A stretch of 64,000 nt of DNA from a virus (lineage: Duplodnaviria; Caudoviricetes): IMG/VR virus record IMGVR_UViG_3300025724_000001, positions 40,721-104,720 of that record. One strand, written 5' to 3'. The notes beneath the pieces are model-generated. The model did no database searches. It was not told where the DNA came from and worked only from the letters and a program-made list of their open reading frames with translations. This document shows positions 9,955 through 21,075 of the stretch, one piece after another (the stretch's first letter is position 1; the number at the start of each line of letters is the position of its first letter). The position numbers and the translations under genes are program-made.

Positions 9955-12900
9955 ATGAAGAAAAAGAAGATCATATTACCAAAGCTAAGGTATGAAAACG
10001 CACCTGAAACAGATAGTCAAATTTCGATTGGATTCGAGTCTGATAAATCTCTTTTGAGAGGGGATGATAGGGATGTTGTTTTAAACTTATCTGAACAATT
10101 TACAGAAGAACGTGCAAATTGTAAACGATATAAGTTATATGGTAAGATGAGAATGGTTTTTAGAAACCTATATGCTGGTGCAACATCATATGATTATTTA
10201 CGTGAAAGATTATCCTTAGTTAGTGATGGGTCGGATAATAATTTCTGTGGTTATCTACCATATAACGAATTTGCGTTTTTAAGAGATGATATATATTATG
10301 AAACCACCGAATCATTGTCGGTTACTTCATTGAGTGGATTTACAGGATTTACCATGGTTACAAGTGGTCCAACTGAACATCAAACAATCACATCAGTTAC
10401 AGCACCATATCACAACTGGAATCTTTATACGAGTTATATTTCGGGTCAAGTTGATAATTTTCCAATGAAATATACATTGTCTGGCCGAACAAAAATTGAG
10501 GGTGAAAATGTTATAACATTTACTAGTGGTGATGGTATACCATTTAGGGTTGAAGAGACTGAAATACATTATGTTTTAACAAGTCCGGTACGACATGGAA
10601 TTAGTCGGGGTGAATACATCTTGATTGATGGAAGGTATTATTATGTGAATTCAGTTGGTGACAACATATTTGATTCTGAACATTATGTTATTAATATATT
10701 AAAATCACAGTTAAGTGGTGTTACTTTTAATCCGTTAGTTATTGGAAAACGTTGTATAGACATTAAAGATACTGAAAATTCCACGTCAAAATATTATGTA
10801 CATAAACATACAATATTAACATCATTGGGTGATTGTATTATTGATAAAGTAGGATTTGAATCACCAATTTGGGAAGACGAGAAAAAAGTTTTATATGAAA
10901 ATAGTGTGGGGGATAATGATGTTCTTGTTGTTCGAAATAGGATGGAAGCCGTGTTATTTGATTCATTGGAACCGTTTATTTTAACTGGAATAACAAATAA
11001 TTTAGGCCACACACCGATAGAACTTTATACTACAATTATTTTTAGAAATGGAAACGGATATTTCGAATATCCACCAAAAGTTGGTTATTCGTTTCATATG
11101 CATGATTCATGGATAGATGAACATTTTGATGGTTCAAATTCAATTGAAACTGGGTTAACGTCAACGTCATTTACAAGAGAAGGTTTTGTATATCCATTTT
11201 TTTCTGGAAATTCATTATCTAAAGGTTCAGAATTATATGGGGCGTTTGTTGAATATAATCCGAAGGAATTAAAAGAAAGAATAATATCAGAATCTTACCA
11301 TAAAATTGTTAGTAATAAAAATATTTTTAATCATGGCCAAGATCTTGATGAGGTATTTTCTGGTGCAAGTGAAACGAATCAAATTGGACTTCTATATCAA
11401 CCACATCATAGATTTAAGTTAAAGGAATTATCACCTTATATTGAAATAGCCGATGATAGTACACCAATATATAATCTTCCAGAAAACGCAAAGTATTTTC
11501 CTAATGAAAAACTTTGGAGGTGGCGAGATGTATATGAAGACGGATATATTGATCCAGATGGTTATGGTGTAGATCATCCATATTTAAATAATATTCATTT
11601 TGTACATAAAGATATTAATTTTTATATAAGAAACGAAAAAATTTATAAAAATAAAAAAGATGGGGTTATTAATTTTTATAGGAGAAAGGATGTTGATGAA
11701 TGTGTTGACGATTCGGTAATTATTAAACGTGGAGACGCCGAAATACCCGAACCATCTATATCGGTTTCCCCATCAGTGTCGTTAAGTGTAATGCCATCTA
11801 TTACACCTACGCCAACATTATCTGTTAGCATATCTATAACACCATCAATATCGATGTCATCATCTCAAGGTACGTCGTCGACACCGTCACCATCATTGTC
11901 ATTAACAAGAACTCCGTCGGTTACTAGAACACCAACAATAACACGAACACCAACAATATCATTATCTGCAATTCCGAGTCAAACACCGAGTGTAACACCC
12001 ACACAAATTTATCTTCAAATTTATTATATTGATCCGTCTGGTGTGGATGATGCTAGTCGTAGTGGTGGTGTGGGTGAAGAATGGGCAACATTATCATATG
12101 CTACTAGTAGAGTAACAACACCCGGAAGTCTTATATATGTAAATGCAGGAACTTATTATGAAACATCACAAAGTAATTTATCTGCGGGTGTTTCTATTGA
12201 TGGCGCTGGTAGAACATCTTGTATATTAAGTGCAACAACATCTTTATCGTATTTTGTGTATGCCGCAAGTTCTGCTGGAACAAATGGTAATCAATCAATT
12301 TCTAATGTAACGTTTGATTGTAATTTATTGGTTGATCGTGGAGTAAGATTTGCCGGTCGAAGTAATGTAACAGTACACGATTGTGGTATTGATAATGCAA
12401 TTTATTATGGATTAATTTTTTCGGATACAACAAGTAGAAGTGTTCATGTAGAACCAACATACTGGGCGACGAACAATAATATATATAATAATTATCTTGT
12501 TAATTGTGGTGGTGATAGATGGAATACGAATGATTCGTATTGGGAGGCATATGGTGCTATAGATATATCTGGTCAAGATGGAATGTTGATATATAATAAT
12601 AATATCGATAATCAAACTGGTGGTAGATATGCTTATGGTATTAAGGGGTTGAGTTTTGGTGGTTATCATAAAGGATTAAAGATTTATAATAACAAAATAA
12701 GAACAAATATTAGAGATAATGTTGGTGAACAATCATTTGGTTTCAATTTAGAATTATGGACAGGTGTTGGTGGTATTGAAATATATGATAATGATTTGAA
12801 TGGTGCAATTGATATGGGTGGTTATGGTTATTGGGACGACTATTCATATGGATTTGCAATGAAAGTTCATCATAATACTATTATTCAAGATAATTGGCCG

Positions 12901-15900
12901 ACAAATCAACCAGAAACCGGAATAATACTTGAATGTGGCGCAAGAGATGGATGTTATTTTTACAGTAACTGGGTTGAAAAATTCTCTACTGGATTTAGTT
13001 TGGGCACTACTGCAGCATCTTTAATTCAAGGTTTTAATGGTGTTTGGGTTTATTATAATGTATTTTGTAATTTGGGTTATACATCAGGTGGTGCTGGCGC
13101 GGGATTTTATGGTTATAATTTATCTACTGGTGTGACAATTCAGAATTTCAACATATTAAACAACGTCATACATAAAGTAAATAACAGCGGGGGTTTGGGT
13201 ATTGCATATGAATATTCCACACCAAATACATGGGTAAATACAAACATTAAAAATAACATAATATATAATGCATATAGCCCAATTCAGTTTAGAAATCAAA
13301 TAGTAAATAGTGTATATATACATAATAATTTAACATATGGTGCAACAAGAACCATTGATAATTCCACATCATGGGGAAATAGTACAATAATCACCAGAGA
13401 AATATTAAATAATCAAGAAGGTGTAGATCCGTTATTTACTTTGGTTGGAACTGATTTTACACTTACAAGTAATAGTCCTTGCATAAATACTGGTGTAGAT
13501 GTAGGATTAATTGAAGATTTTACTGGACAACCGGTTAGTAGTCCACCAGAGATTGGGGCTTATGAATATGTGGTTGTTGTTTCACAAACACCAACAATCA
13601 CACCAAGTATTTCTATTAGTAAAACACCGACTAGGACACCAAGTTTATCTGTGTCAAGAACACCTACTATATCATTGTCCAATACTCCGAGTATAACAAT
13701 TAGTAGAACGCCAACTATAACGCCAACTATAACACCAACTACAACACCAAGCATAACAATAAGTGTTACTCCAAGTAGTACTATTTTGACTGCACGATAT
13801 GTTTCAAGTAGTGGAGATGATTCAAATGATGGATTAACCGAATCAACACCTTGGAGAACAATAACTAAGGTTAATAACGAGTTTTCTTCTTTATCGCCAG
13901 GAACTGGTATTTTATTTAAACGAGGTGATGTATTTTATGGTACATTAACTATTGGTAGATCAGGCACATTGGGTAATCCAATAACGATAGGCTCATATGG
14001 TACTGGTTTTAAACCAATTATAGAAGGGTTTACAACGCTTAATTCATGGACGAGGGTTGGTACATCGTCAATATTTTATGCGTCAGCATCATTTAATATT
14101 AATCCAAATGTAGGACCACTAGTAACTATAGATGGTATGATAATAGAAAAGGGAAAATATCCAAATATGGGGTATAATACAATTTCAACAGTAGTAACAA
14201 GTCCTGCACCACCGATTGGCAGTCCAGTGACGATTACTGATTCTTCTTTATCATCAACACCTAATTGGACGGGAGCTGAAATTGTTATAAGATATGATAG
14301 ATGGACATTAATTAGATCTATTATTACCGATCATTCTGGAACATCATTAACGTTTAACACACCGTATGCTAATTTACCATATACTGGATGGGGATATTTT
14401 ATACAAAATCATATTGACACATTAAATGAATTGGGTGATTGGTATTATGATTCTGTGAATCAAAGGATATATATGCATTTTGGTTCAGGAACACCTGGGG
14501 AACATATTATACGGGCAACAACATTAGATCATACTGTTTATAATAATGGTTATTTAAGAAGGTTTATTATAATTGATGGTATTCATTTTAGAGGTACAGC
14601 TGGAGATAATATTCATATATGGAATAATGTATCAAATATAGATATTAAAAAATGTCGAATAGAATATTCTGGTGGTAATGCTATCTATCAACATGGTGGT
14701 AGTGGTAGTATGATTGATAATAATGACATTTTATTTTCTAGTCATAATGCTGTTCATATATTATTCCCAAATACTACAACAATAATCAATAATAGAATTT
14801 ATTATACAGGACATTATCTTGGATATACTACCACTGGAGATACAGCTTGTTTTGTTGGAATTAAATGTGGATCATCATCTAATGGTAATAATCTCATTGA
14901 GAATAATAAAATATATAATACGGGTTATTTACCAATTAATTTTGGTGGTGCGGGTAGTATTGTTAGGAGAAATTATATACACACATATTGTTATAATAAA
15001 GATGATGGGGCGGGAATTTACATATTTAATGACAGATCAGGTGGGAAGTTAGTTGAAGAGAATATAGTATTAAATGCTGTTGGTGCTGGTGCAGGTACAA
15101 ATAATCCTAATTCATCATCAGCGAATGGATTATATACTGATGGTGGAACTGCAAATGTTACATTTATAAGAAATATTGTTGGAAATGTAACCAGACAAGG
15201 TTATCATGGAAATCTTCCCGTAAATGTTACTTTAACAGGAAATACGTTCTTCCAATGTAGAGAATTAATGGGTTTATGGAAATTTGGTAATGCAGGATTT
15301 TGGGATGGAACTGGCACATTTATTACAGGATTAAATATTCAACATAATAAGTTTATTTCTACAGATCTTAATAGAAATTTAGCAAAGGGTATATTTTATG
15401 AAAATTCTACAACTGAGTTAAATGGTGCTGACATCTACGATGAAATAGAACGTTTGGGCGTTTGGAATAATAACTACTATTATACTAATGAAGAGTGTTT
15501 TGTATATATAGCACATAATTTATATCAAACAAACGCACCATATAATCTAGAAAGATGGAAAAGTGATTTTGGACAAGATCTAAATTCAAGTGTGGTTGTT
15601 AGTGAAAATCAATATACATTAAATTCTATAGGTCCTAATTTGATTACAAATGGAACATTTACTTCTGGTATAACGGGTTGGACGGCTTCTTCATCAGATT
15701 TAACTCTTGACTGGTATTCACCAGGAATTGGCGATGGGGGTGCTTTAAGTTTAACAAGTACACAAAATAATTTTTATTATTGGTGGTGGAATAATATTAA
15801 TGCTGCTGTAGCACATATTATTGGGGGTGTCGTGAATAATTCAAAACATTATTTATTACGTTTTCTTGGTAGAAGTACAATTAATAACAAAACATTATCA

Positions 15901-18900
15901 TTTAGATTAAGAAATACTGGCACTGGTTTTGAAAAACAAAGATTTTTTACGGTTTATAATACTAATACACAAAAGGATGTTTTACTTAGTAATCCCGATG
16001 AAGTTACTACCGGGGCAACCTTGAGAATTGTTGCTTGTGATGATCCTGTGACAACATACTTGGATAATATTGGGTTATATGAGGCGAATATTACTATAAT
16101 TGATCCGTATGATTATTTACATTTTATTTATAATGAAACTGAGACTGTTAAATATTATCAATTATCAGCATCAATGGAAGATGTTGATGGTACGATATAT
16201 TCGGGAACCATTAGTTTACTTCCATGGACTGGTTTAGTTCTTATTGGTTTTGGAACTGTAACTGATGCACCGCCGCCTGAAACACCAACACCAAGTGTTA
16301 GTATTTCTTTAAGTAGAACTCCTACAATTAGCGTAACACCATCGATTTCAAGAACACCGTCGGTTTCGTTTAGTCTAACACCAACAATTAGTGTAACGCC
16401 ATCGATTTCGATAACACCAAGTAATACCCCACCATATCCATCTTCAGGTGTGTTGGGATATTGGAGAATGGATGAAAATAGTGGTAATTTAGAAGATGTT
16501 TTGGGTAGATGTCCAGCAATTCCATATTCAGATTATCCAATAATATACAATGTTGATGGTAAGATTAATACCGCAATTAATTTTAGTGGTACTACTTGTG
16601 GTGCTCGCATTAGTGAAACGAATGCTCAAACATATTTGAATCCGAATGGTGATGAATATAGTATTCAAGCATGGGTAAAATTAAATGAATTACCAAGTGT
16701 TTCCGGTAGAACTTGTACAATACTTAGAAGCTCACTCGCTACTGCACCTTGGGAAAATATTGTGGTTAGGGCTGATAGTTATGATAGGTTCAGTATGAGG
16801 TTTACAGGACCAAGTGATAATAATTACGCATACACAACAGATAATTTAATTCAAGCTAATACATGGTATCATCTTGTATTTGTTATTTCTGGTATTGGAA
16901 AAAGACCAGTAATATATGTTAATAATACACCATATAGTGGTACAACAACACAGGGTGGTAATATTTGGAATGTTACCGGTACTACTGCCGGTTATAACAT
17001 TGGTGGTGCTTATAATGGTGTTCCATTGTCGTTTAATGGTGTTATTGATGAATTGTGTGTGTGGGGACGAGCAGTAACACCCGAAGAGGTTTCTGCGTTG
17101 TATAATAATGGTAATGGCTTACCTTTTGATGGACAAATTTTACCATCAGTCACACCGACAATATCTATTAGTAGAACTCCTAGTATAACGCCTAGTATTT
17201 CATTCAGTAGAACACCAACTAGAACGCCTAGTTTATCAATTAGTAGAACACCGTCCAGAACGCCTAGTATAACACCTAGTAGTTCAGTTTTAACTGCTCG
17301 ATACGTCTCAAGTAGTGGAAGTGACACAAATAATGGATTAACAGAATCCACACCATGGAGAACGTTAGATAAAGTTAATGCTGAGTTTTCGAATTTAAAT
17401 CCTGGTACAGAAATATTATTAAAAAAGGGTGATTCGTTTTATGGTACACTTGTAATAACTAAAAGTGGTACAAGTGGATCTAATAGTCCGTTTGTGTTTG
17501 GTACTTACGGTGATGGTAATGATCCCATTATACATGGTTTTACTACAATAACTGATGGATGGACACATGTTGGTAATAATGTTTATTCACATGATATAAT
17601 TGCTGATGAGCAAACTAATATGGTTCTTGTTAATGGTGTTCAAGTACCAATGGGTAGATGGCCAAACGGAACAACATATAGAACTTATGAGTCGTTTAAT
17701 GGTGCTAGTTCAATAACAGATAATACGTTATCAGAAGAAACGCCATACAATTGGGTTGGTGCTGAGGTCGTGATTAGAATGACTTACTGGATATTGGGTA
17801 GGTTTACTATAACTGGTCATACTGGTAATACAATATCATATAGTGGTAATACAATTGATTATTTATATAACAATTTCGGATATTTTATACAGAATGATAT
17901 AAGAACACTTGATGTTGAAAATGAATGGTATCATGATCATGCTGCCGGTAAGTTTTATATATATGGTAATCCCGCAGGTAAAACAATTCAAATTGCAACA
18001 AAAACAAATATAATTCAAAATCATGGTGGTTATGATTATATAACACTTGAGAATCTTTCATTACAAGGATCAATTGGTGATATTATTTCATTTGATGGTG
18101 GTAATTGGTATAACGCGGCCAATACAATAATACGAAACTGTATTTTAAAATTTGGCGGATCTCGTGGTATTGATATATACGGTAGTAATGGTTTTATTGT
18201 AGATAATATTATTGAACAATGTAATGATAATGCCATACATATTGTATCTGGTAGTAATACGATTGTTACTGGAAACACAATAACAAATATTGGATTACTG
18301 CTTGGTCAATCAAAGAGATTGTCTGCAAATGGAATATATAACGGTGGAACAAATTCATTAATTGATCATAATATTATAAATAATATCGGATTAAATGGTA
18401 TAACTGCTGGTAGTGGAACAAGTGGCATTGTTAAACATAATTTTATTAATAACTATTGTTTAACACTTACAGATGGTGGTGGAATTTATCACGGGCCTAG
18501 TAATCGCTCAATGCCATCTGATTATACAATAGAAAACAATATATGTCTTAATGGTTACGGGAATTATAATGGAACAACAAGTTCAAGTACCTATCTAGCT
18601 GAGGGTATATATCTTGATAGTTATTGTACTGGTCATACAGTACAATATAATATATGTGCACATAACGCAGGTAATGGTATTAAACTTAGTTCCAGTCATG
18701 ATAATATTTTACAATATAATTTGTGTTTTGATAATAAAGAAGCACAGTTATTCTCAAGTGGTTTTTGGTCAGAATATGCGACATTATATAATAACACAAT
18801 AAGATATAATCAGTTTATTGGAAAAGAAATAAATCATTATACATTAAAAGTTTATTTAACAATCGCAGATAATATTTCAAATTATGGTATATCAAATTAT

Positions 18901-20244
18901 AACTATTATGCGAGACCTATAAATCAAGGGTCGAATGATGTTATAATTAGAACAGGACAAAACAGTAATTGGGTTAATCGTACATTATCTGAATGGCGTT
19001 CGTATTCAAATCAGGATGCCAATTCAAACAATTCACTTGCAGGATCGGTGTCAAATTTGGATGATATTCATTTTATTTATAATGAAACGGACGAAAATAA
19101 ATATTATTCATTGTCAGCACCGATGAAAGATGTTGCAAATACAACATATTCGGGTATTATCACACTATCTCCATGGTCGGGATTAGTTCTTCTCGGGCCA
19201 GGAACCGTAACACTGGAGACATCACCAACAATTAGTAGCACACCAACTCCAACTAGAACAACTAGTGTGTCTATTACTAGAACACCGACAAGAACACCTA
19301 GTTTATCGTTTAGTAGGACACCAACTAGAACACCAAGTGTTTCAATAAGTAGGACACCATCAGTTTCATTATCAACACCAACATCAAATTCGATTATTGC
19401 AGATCATAATATAGCAAAACTTTCTAATTTATTAGCAATTCCAAGTAGCGCGATAACCAATGCGAAGTCAAATCTTCACATAGCATATGAACACACATCG
19501 CACGGTGAACAATTGGTTCAGGGTATGACCGGACTGGTTAATTGGAGAGGTTCGACATATTCATTTAATAATGGTGGGTCTGGTGGTGCGTTAGATTTAA
19601 GAGATCACGCAATTGCCCAAATGTTTAGTTGTTGGGGAATGGACCTTGGTAATACAAGATGTCCAAATAACGAACAATATCATTTGTGGGCGGAAAACAC
19701 TCGTACATATTTAGAGACTAATCCTGGTGTTAACGTTGTTATATGGTCTTGGTGTGGGCAAGTAAGTTATGCAACACAAGCTAATATTAACACTTATTTG
19801 ACATTAATGAATCAATTGGAGATTGATTATCCATCAATTAAGTTTGTATATATGACAGGTCATGTTGATGGACAACCATTATCAGGTACATTATTTACTA
19901 ATAATACAATTATAAGAAATTATTGTATTAATAATAATAAAATATTATTTGATTTTGCAGATATTGAAAGTTATGATCCTGATGGTAATTATTATGCAGA
20001 TAAGCGAGTAACAGATTGTTGTAATTATGATTATAATGGAGATGGTATTGTTAGTACTGATGGTGGTGATCCTGGATTACCAACAAATGGAGATAGAAAC
20101 TGGGCGTTAGACTGGCAAAACACACATCAGGTGAATGTTGATTGGTATAATTGTAACTCATCACATTCATATCCACTTAATGCGAATATGAAAGCATATG
20201 CGGCATGGTGGTTATGGGCTAGATTGGGTGGTTGGAGTGGATAA
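9955..20244 (+). CDS. Giant modular virion protein: core domain, three right-handed beta-helix domains, CBM-like, LamG-like and SGNH-like domains joined by S/T/P linkers
   Basis: 3429 aa; YVSSSGDDSNDGLTESTPWRT beta-helix starts; N/I-rich repeats; PEIGAYEY; NLITNGTF; GYWRMDE...WYHLVFV...FNGVIDEL (LamG); HTSHG...LFDFADIES. Confidence 0.8.
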   Translation: MKKKKIILPKLRYENAPETDSQISIGFESDKSLLRGDDRDVVLNLSEQFTEERANCKRYKLYGKMRMVFRNLYAGATSYDYLRERLSLVSDGSDNNFCGYLPYNEFAFLRDDIYYETTESLSVTSLSGFTGFTMVTSGPTEHQTITSVTAPYHNWNLYTSYISGQVDNFPMKYTLSGRTKIEGENVITFTSGDGIPFRVEETEIHYVLTSPVRHGISRGEYILIDGRYYYVNSVGDNIFDSEHYVINILKSQLSGVTFNPLVIGKRCIDIKDTENSTSKYYVHKHTILTSLGDCIIDKVGFESPIWEDEKKVLYENSVGDNDVLVVRNRMEAVLFDSLEPFILTGITNNLGHTPIELYTTIIFRNGNGYFEYPPKVGYSFHMHDSWIDEHFDGSNSIETGLTSTSFTREGFVYPFFSGNSLSKGSELYGAFVEYNPKELKERIISESYHKIVSNKNIFNHGQDLDEVFSGASETNQIGLLYQPHHRFKLKELSPYIEIADDSTPIYNLPENAKYFPNEKLWRWRDVYEDGYIDPDGYGVDHPYLNNIHFVHKDINFYIRNEKIYKNKKDGVINFYRRKDVDECVDDSVIIKRGDAEIPEPSISVSPSVSLSVMPSITPTPTLSVSISITPSISMSSSQGTSSTPSPSLSLTRTPSVTRTPTITRTPTISLSAIPSQTPSVTPTQIYLQIYYIDPSGVDDASRSGGVGEEWATLSYATSRVTTPGSLIYVNAGTYYETSQSNLSAGVSIDGAGRTSCILSATTSLSYFVYAASSAGTNGNQSISNVTFDCNLLVDRGVRFAGRSNVTVHDCGIDNAIYYGLIFSDTTSRSVHVEPTYWATNNNIYNNYLVNCGGDRWNTNDSYWEAYGAIDISGQDGMLIYNNNIDNQTGGRYAYGIKGLSFGGYHKGLKIYNNKIRTNIRDNVGEQSFGFNLELWTGVGGIEIYDNDLNGAIDMGGYGYWDDYSYGFAMKVHHNTIIQDNWPTNQPETGIILECGARDGCYFYSNWVEKFSTGFSLGTTAASLIQGFNGVWVYYNVFCNLGYTSGGAGAGFYGYNLSTGVTIQNFNILNNVIHKVNNSGGLGIAYEYSTPNTWVNTNIKNNIIYNAYSPIQFRNQIVNSVYIHNNLTYGATRTIDNSTSWGNSTIITREILNNQEGVDPLFTLVGTDFTLTSNSPCINTGVDVGLIEDFTGQPVSSPPEIGAYEYVVVVSQTPTITPSISISKTPTRTPSLSVSRTPTISLSNTPSITISRTPTITPTITPTTTPSITISVTPSSTILTARYVSSSGDDSNDGLTESTPWRTITKVNNEFSSLSPGTGILFKRGDVFYGTLTIGRSGTLGNPITIGSYGTGFKPIIEGFTTLNSWTRVGTSSIFYASASFNINPNVGPLVTIDGMIIEKGKYPNMGYNTISTVVTSPAPPIGSPVTITDSSLSSTPNWTGAEIVIRYDRWTLIRSIITDHSGTSLTFNTPYANLPYTGWGYFIQNHIDTLNELGDWYYDSVNQRIYMHFGSGTPGEHIIRATTLDHTVYNNGYLRRFIIIDGIHFRGTAGDNIHIWNNVSNIDIKKCRIEYSGGNAIYQHGGSGSMIDNNDILFSSHNAVHILFPNTTTIINNRIYYTGHYLGYTTTGDTACFVGIKCGSSSNGNNLIENNKIYNTGYLPINFGGAGSIVRRNYIHTYCYNKDDGAGIYIFNDRSGGKLVEENIVLNAVGAGAGTNNPNSSSANGLYTDGGTANVTFIRNIVGNVTRQGYHGNLPVNVTLTGNTFFQCRELMGLWKFGNAGFWDGTGTFITGLNIQHNKFISTDLNRNLAKGIFYENSTTELNGADIYDEIERLGVWNNNYYYTNEECFVYIAHNLYQTNAPYNLERWKSDFGQDLNSSVVVSENQYTLNSIGPNLITNGTFTSGITGWTASSSDLTLDWYSPGIGDGGALSLTSTQNNFYYWWWNNINAAVAHIIGGVVNNSKHYLLRFLGRSTINNKTLSFRLRNTGTGFEKQRFFTVYNTNTQKDVLLSNPDEVTTGATLRIVACDDPVTTYLDNIGLYEANITIIDPYDYLHFIYNETETVKYYQLSASMEDVDGTIYSGTISLLPWTGLVLIGFGTVTDAPPPETPTPSVSISLSRTPTISVTPSISRTPSVSFSLTPTISVTPSISITPSNTPPYPSSGVLGYWRMDENSGNLEDVLGRCPAIPYSDYPIIYNVDGKINTAINFSGTTCGARISETNAQTYLNPNGDEYSIQAWVKLNELPSVSGRTCTILRSSLATAPWENIVVRADSYDRFSMRFTGPSDNNYAYTTDNLIQANTWYHLVFVISGIGKRPVIYVNNTPYSGTTTQGGNIWNVTGTTAGYNIGGAYNGVPLSFNGVIDELCVWGRAVTPEEVSALYNNGNGLPFDGQILPSVTPTISISRTPSITPSISFSRTPTRTPSLSISRTPSRTPSITPSSSVLTARYVSSSGSDTNNGLTESTPWRTLDKVNAEFSNLNPGTEILLKKGDSFYGTLVITKSGTSGSNSPFVFGTYGDGNDPIIHGFTTITDGWTHVGNNVYSHDIIADEQTNMVLVNGVQVPMGRWPNGTTYRTYESFNGASSITDNTLSEETPYNWVGAEVVIRMTYWILGRFTITGHTGNTISYSGNTIDYLYNNFGYFIQNDIRTLDVENEWYHDHAAGKFYIYGNPAGKTIQIATKTNIIQNHGGYDYITLENLSLQGSIGDIISFDGGNWYNAANTIIRNCILKFGGSRGIDIYGSNGFIVDNIIEQCNDNAIHIVSGSNTIVTGNTITNIGLLLGQSKRLSANGIYNGGTNSLIDHNIINNIGLNGITAGSGTSGIVKHNFINNYCLTLTDGGGIYHGPSNRSMPSDYTIENNICLNGYGNYNGTTSSSTYLAEGIYLDSYCTGHTVQYNICAHNAGNGIKLSSSHDNILQYNLCFDNKEAQLFSSGFWSEYATLYNNTIRYNQFIGKEINHYTLKVYLTIADNISNYGISNYNYYARPINQGSNDVIIRTGQNSNWVNRTLSEWRSYSNQDANSNNSLAGSVSNLDDIHFIYNETDENKYYSLSAPMKDVANTTYSGIITLSPWSGLVLLGPGTVTLETSPTISSTPTPTRTTSVSITRTPTRTPSLSFSRTPTRTPSVSISRTPSVSLSTPTSNSIIADHNIAKLSNLLAIPSSAITNAKSNLHIAYEHTSHGEQLVQGMTGLVNWRGSTYSFNNGGSGGALDLRDHAIAQMFSCWGMDLGNTRCPNNEQYHLWAENTRTYLETNPGVNVVIWSWCGQVSYATQANINTYLTLMNQLEIDYPSIKFVYMTGHVDGQPLSGTLFTNNTIIRNYCINNNKILFDFADIESYDPDGNYYADKRVTDCCNYDYNGDGIVSTDGGDPGLPTNGDRNWALDWQNTHQVNVDWYNCNSSHSYPLNANMKAYAAWWLWARLGGWSG

Positions 20245-20257
20245 TTAAATTAATTAA

Positions 20258-21073
20258 ATGGATATATTAAAAAGTAAATCGAATAGAAATATCCTTATTA
20301 GTGAGGAAACGAGGTTTGGGATTGACCTTGGATGGGAAGAGAATTTTCAAGAATTTGAACGTGAAACATTAAAATCTATTATAAACCCAATAGATAATTT
20401 TGAAACTGTTCGTTATATTCATAATGAATATATTGGTATAAGTGGAATATCTCAAAATGATATTTGGTATCATTTTTATTTTTTTAATAGTGATAATCCA
20501 CCAACATATTTTGGTGGTTTAAATTATGAGTATGTCGGGTTATCTCCTGAACAAAACTCAATAATAACAAAGTCGGAAAACACTAGTTTTTTTAGCCTTG
20601 AATTTTATAAAGCACCGAGTGGTGAAATTATTGATAGTAATAATAGGAAATTAGTTTTCACAAAACACCTACCAATTCCATTAGGTGAAAAAGTGTTTTA
20701 TACACCAATAGGTCGGGAGATTTATTTACCAATTTTTACTGGAAACAATTATAGAAATAAAGAAAATATGTTTTTATTCTGGTTTCAAGATGATACAGTT
20801 TTGAAGGGTTCGATTTATAAAGGTGATACTTTTTACGTAACAGCAAAATATTATAATGCTATAGATGGTACGATATTAAGTTTTTTGAATTCACCTAAAT
20901 CATATTATGATATTGTAAATGAATCTACAGACATTTATCATAGAATGGTGGTAGATAAAAATGATTATTCGTATATTGTTTATTCTGGAAATACTAGTGA
21001 AGAAAGAATAGGTTTAGACAATCAACCAGTATCATTTTATGCCTACGGATATTACACAAAATCTTTAATATAA
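20258..21073 (+). CDS. Putative structural protein
   Basis: 271-aa ORF inside the tail/baseplate operon. Confidence 0.6.
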   Translation: MDILKSKSNRNILISEETRFGIDLGWEENFQEFERETLKSIINPIDNFETVRYIHNEYIGISGISQNDIWYHFYFFNSDNPPTYFGGLNYEYVGLSPEQNSIITKSENTSFFSLEFYKAPSGEIIDSNNRKLVFTKHLPIPLGEKVFYTPIGREIYLPIFTGNNYRNKENMFLFWFQDDTVLKGSIYKGDTFYVTAKYYNAIDGTILSFLNSPKSYYDIVNESTDIYHRMVVDKNDYSYIVYSGNTSEERIGLDNQPVSFYAYGYYTKSLI

Positions 21074-21075
21074 AA

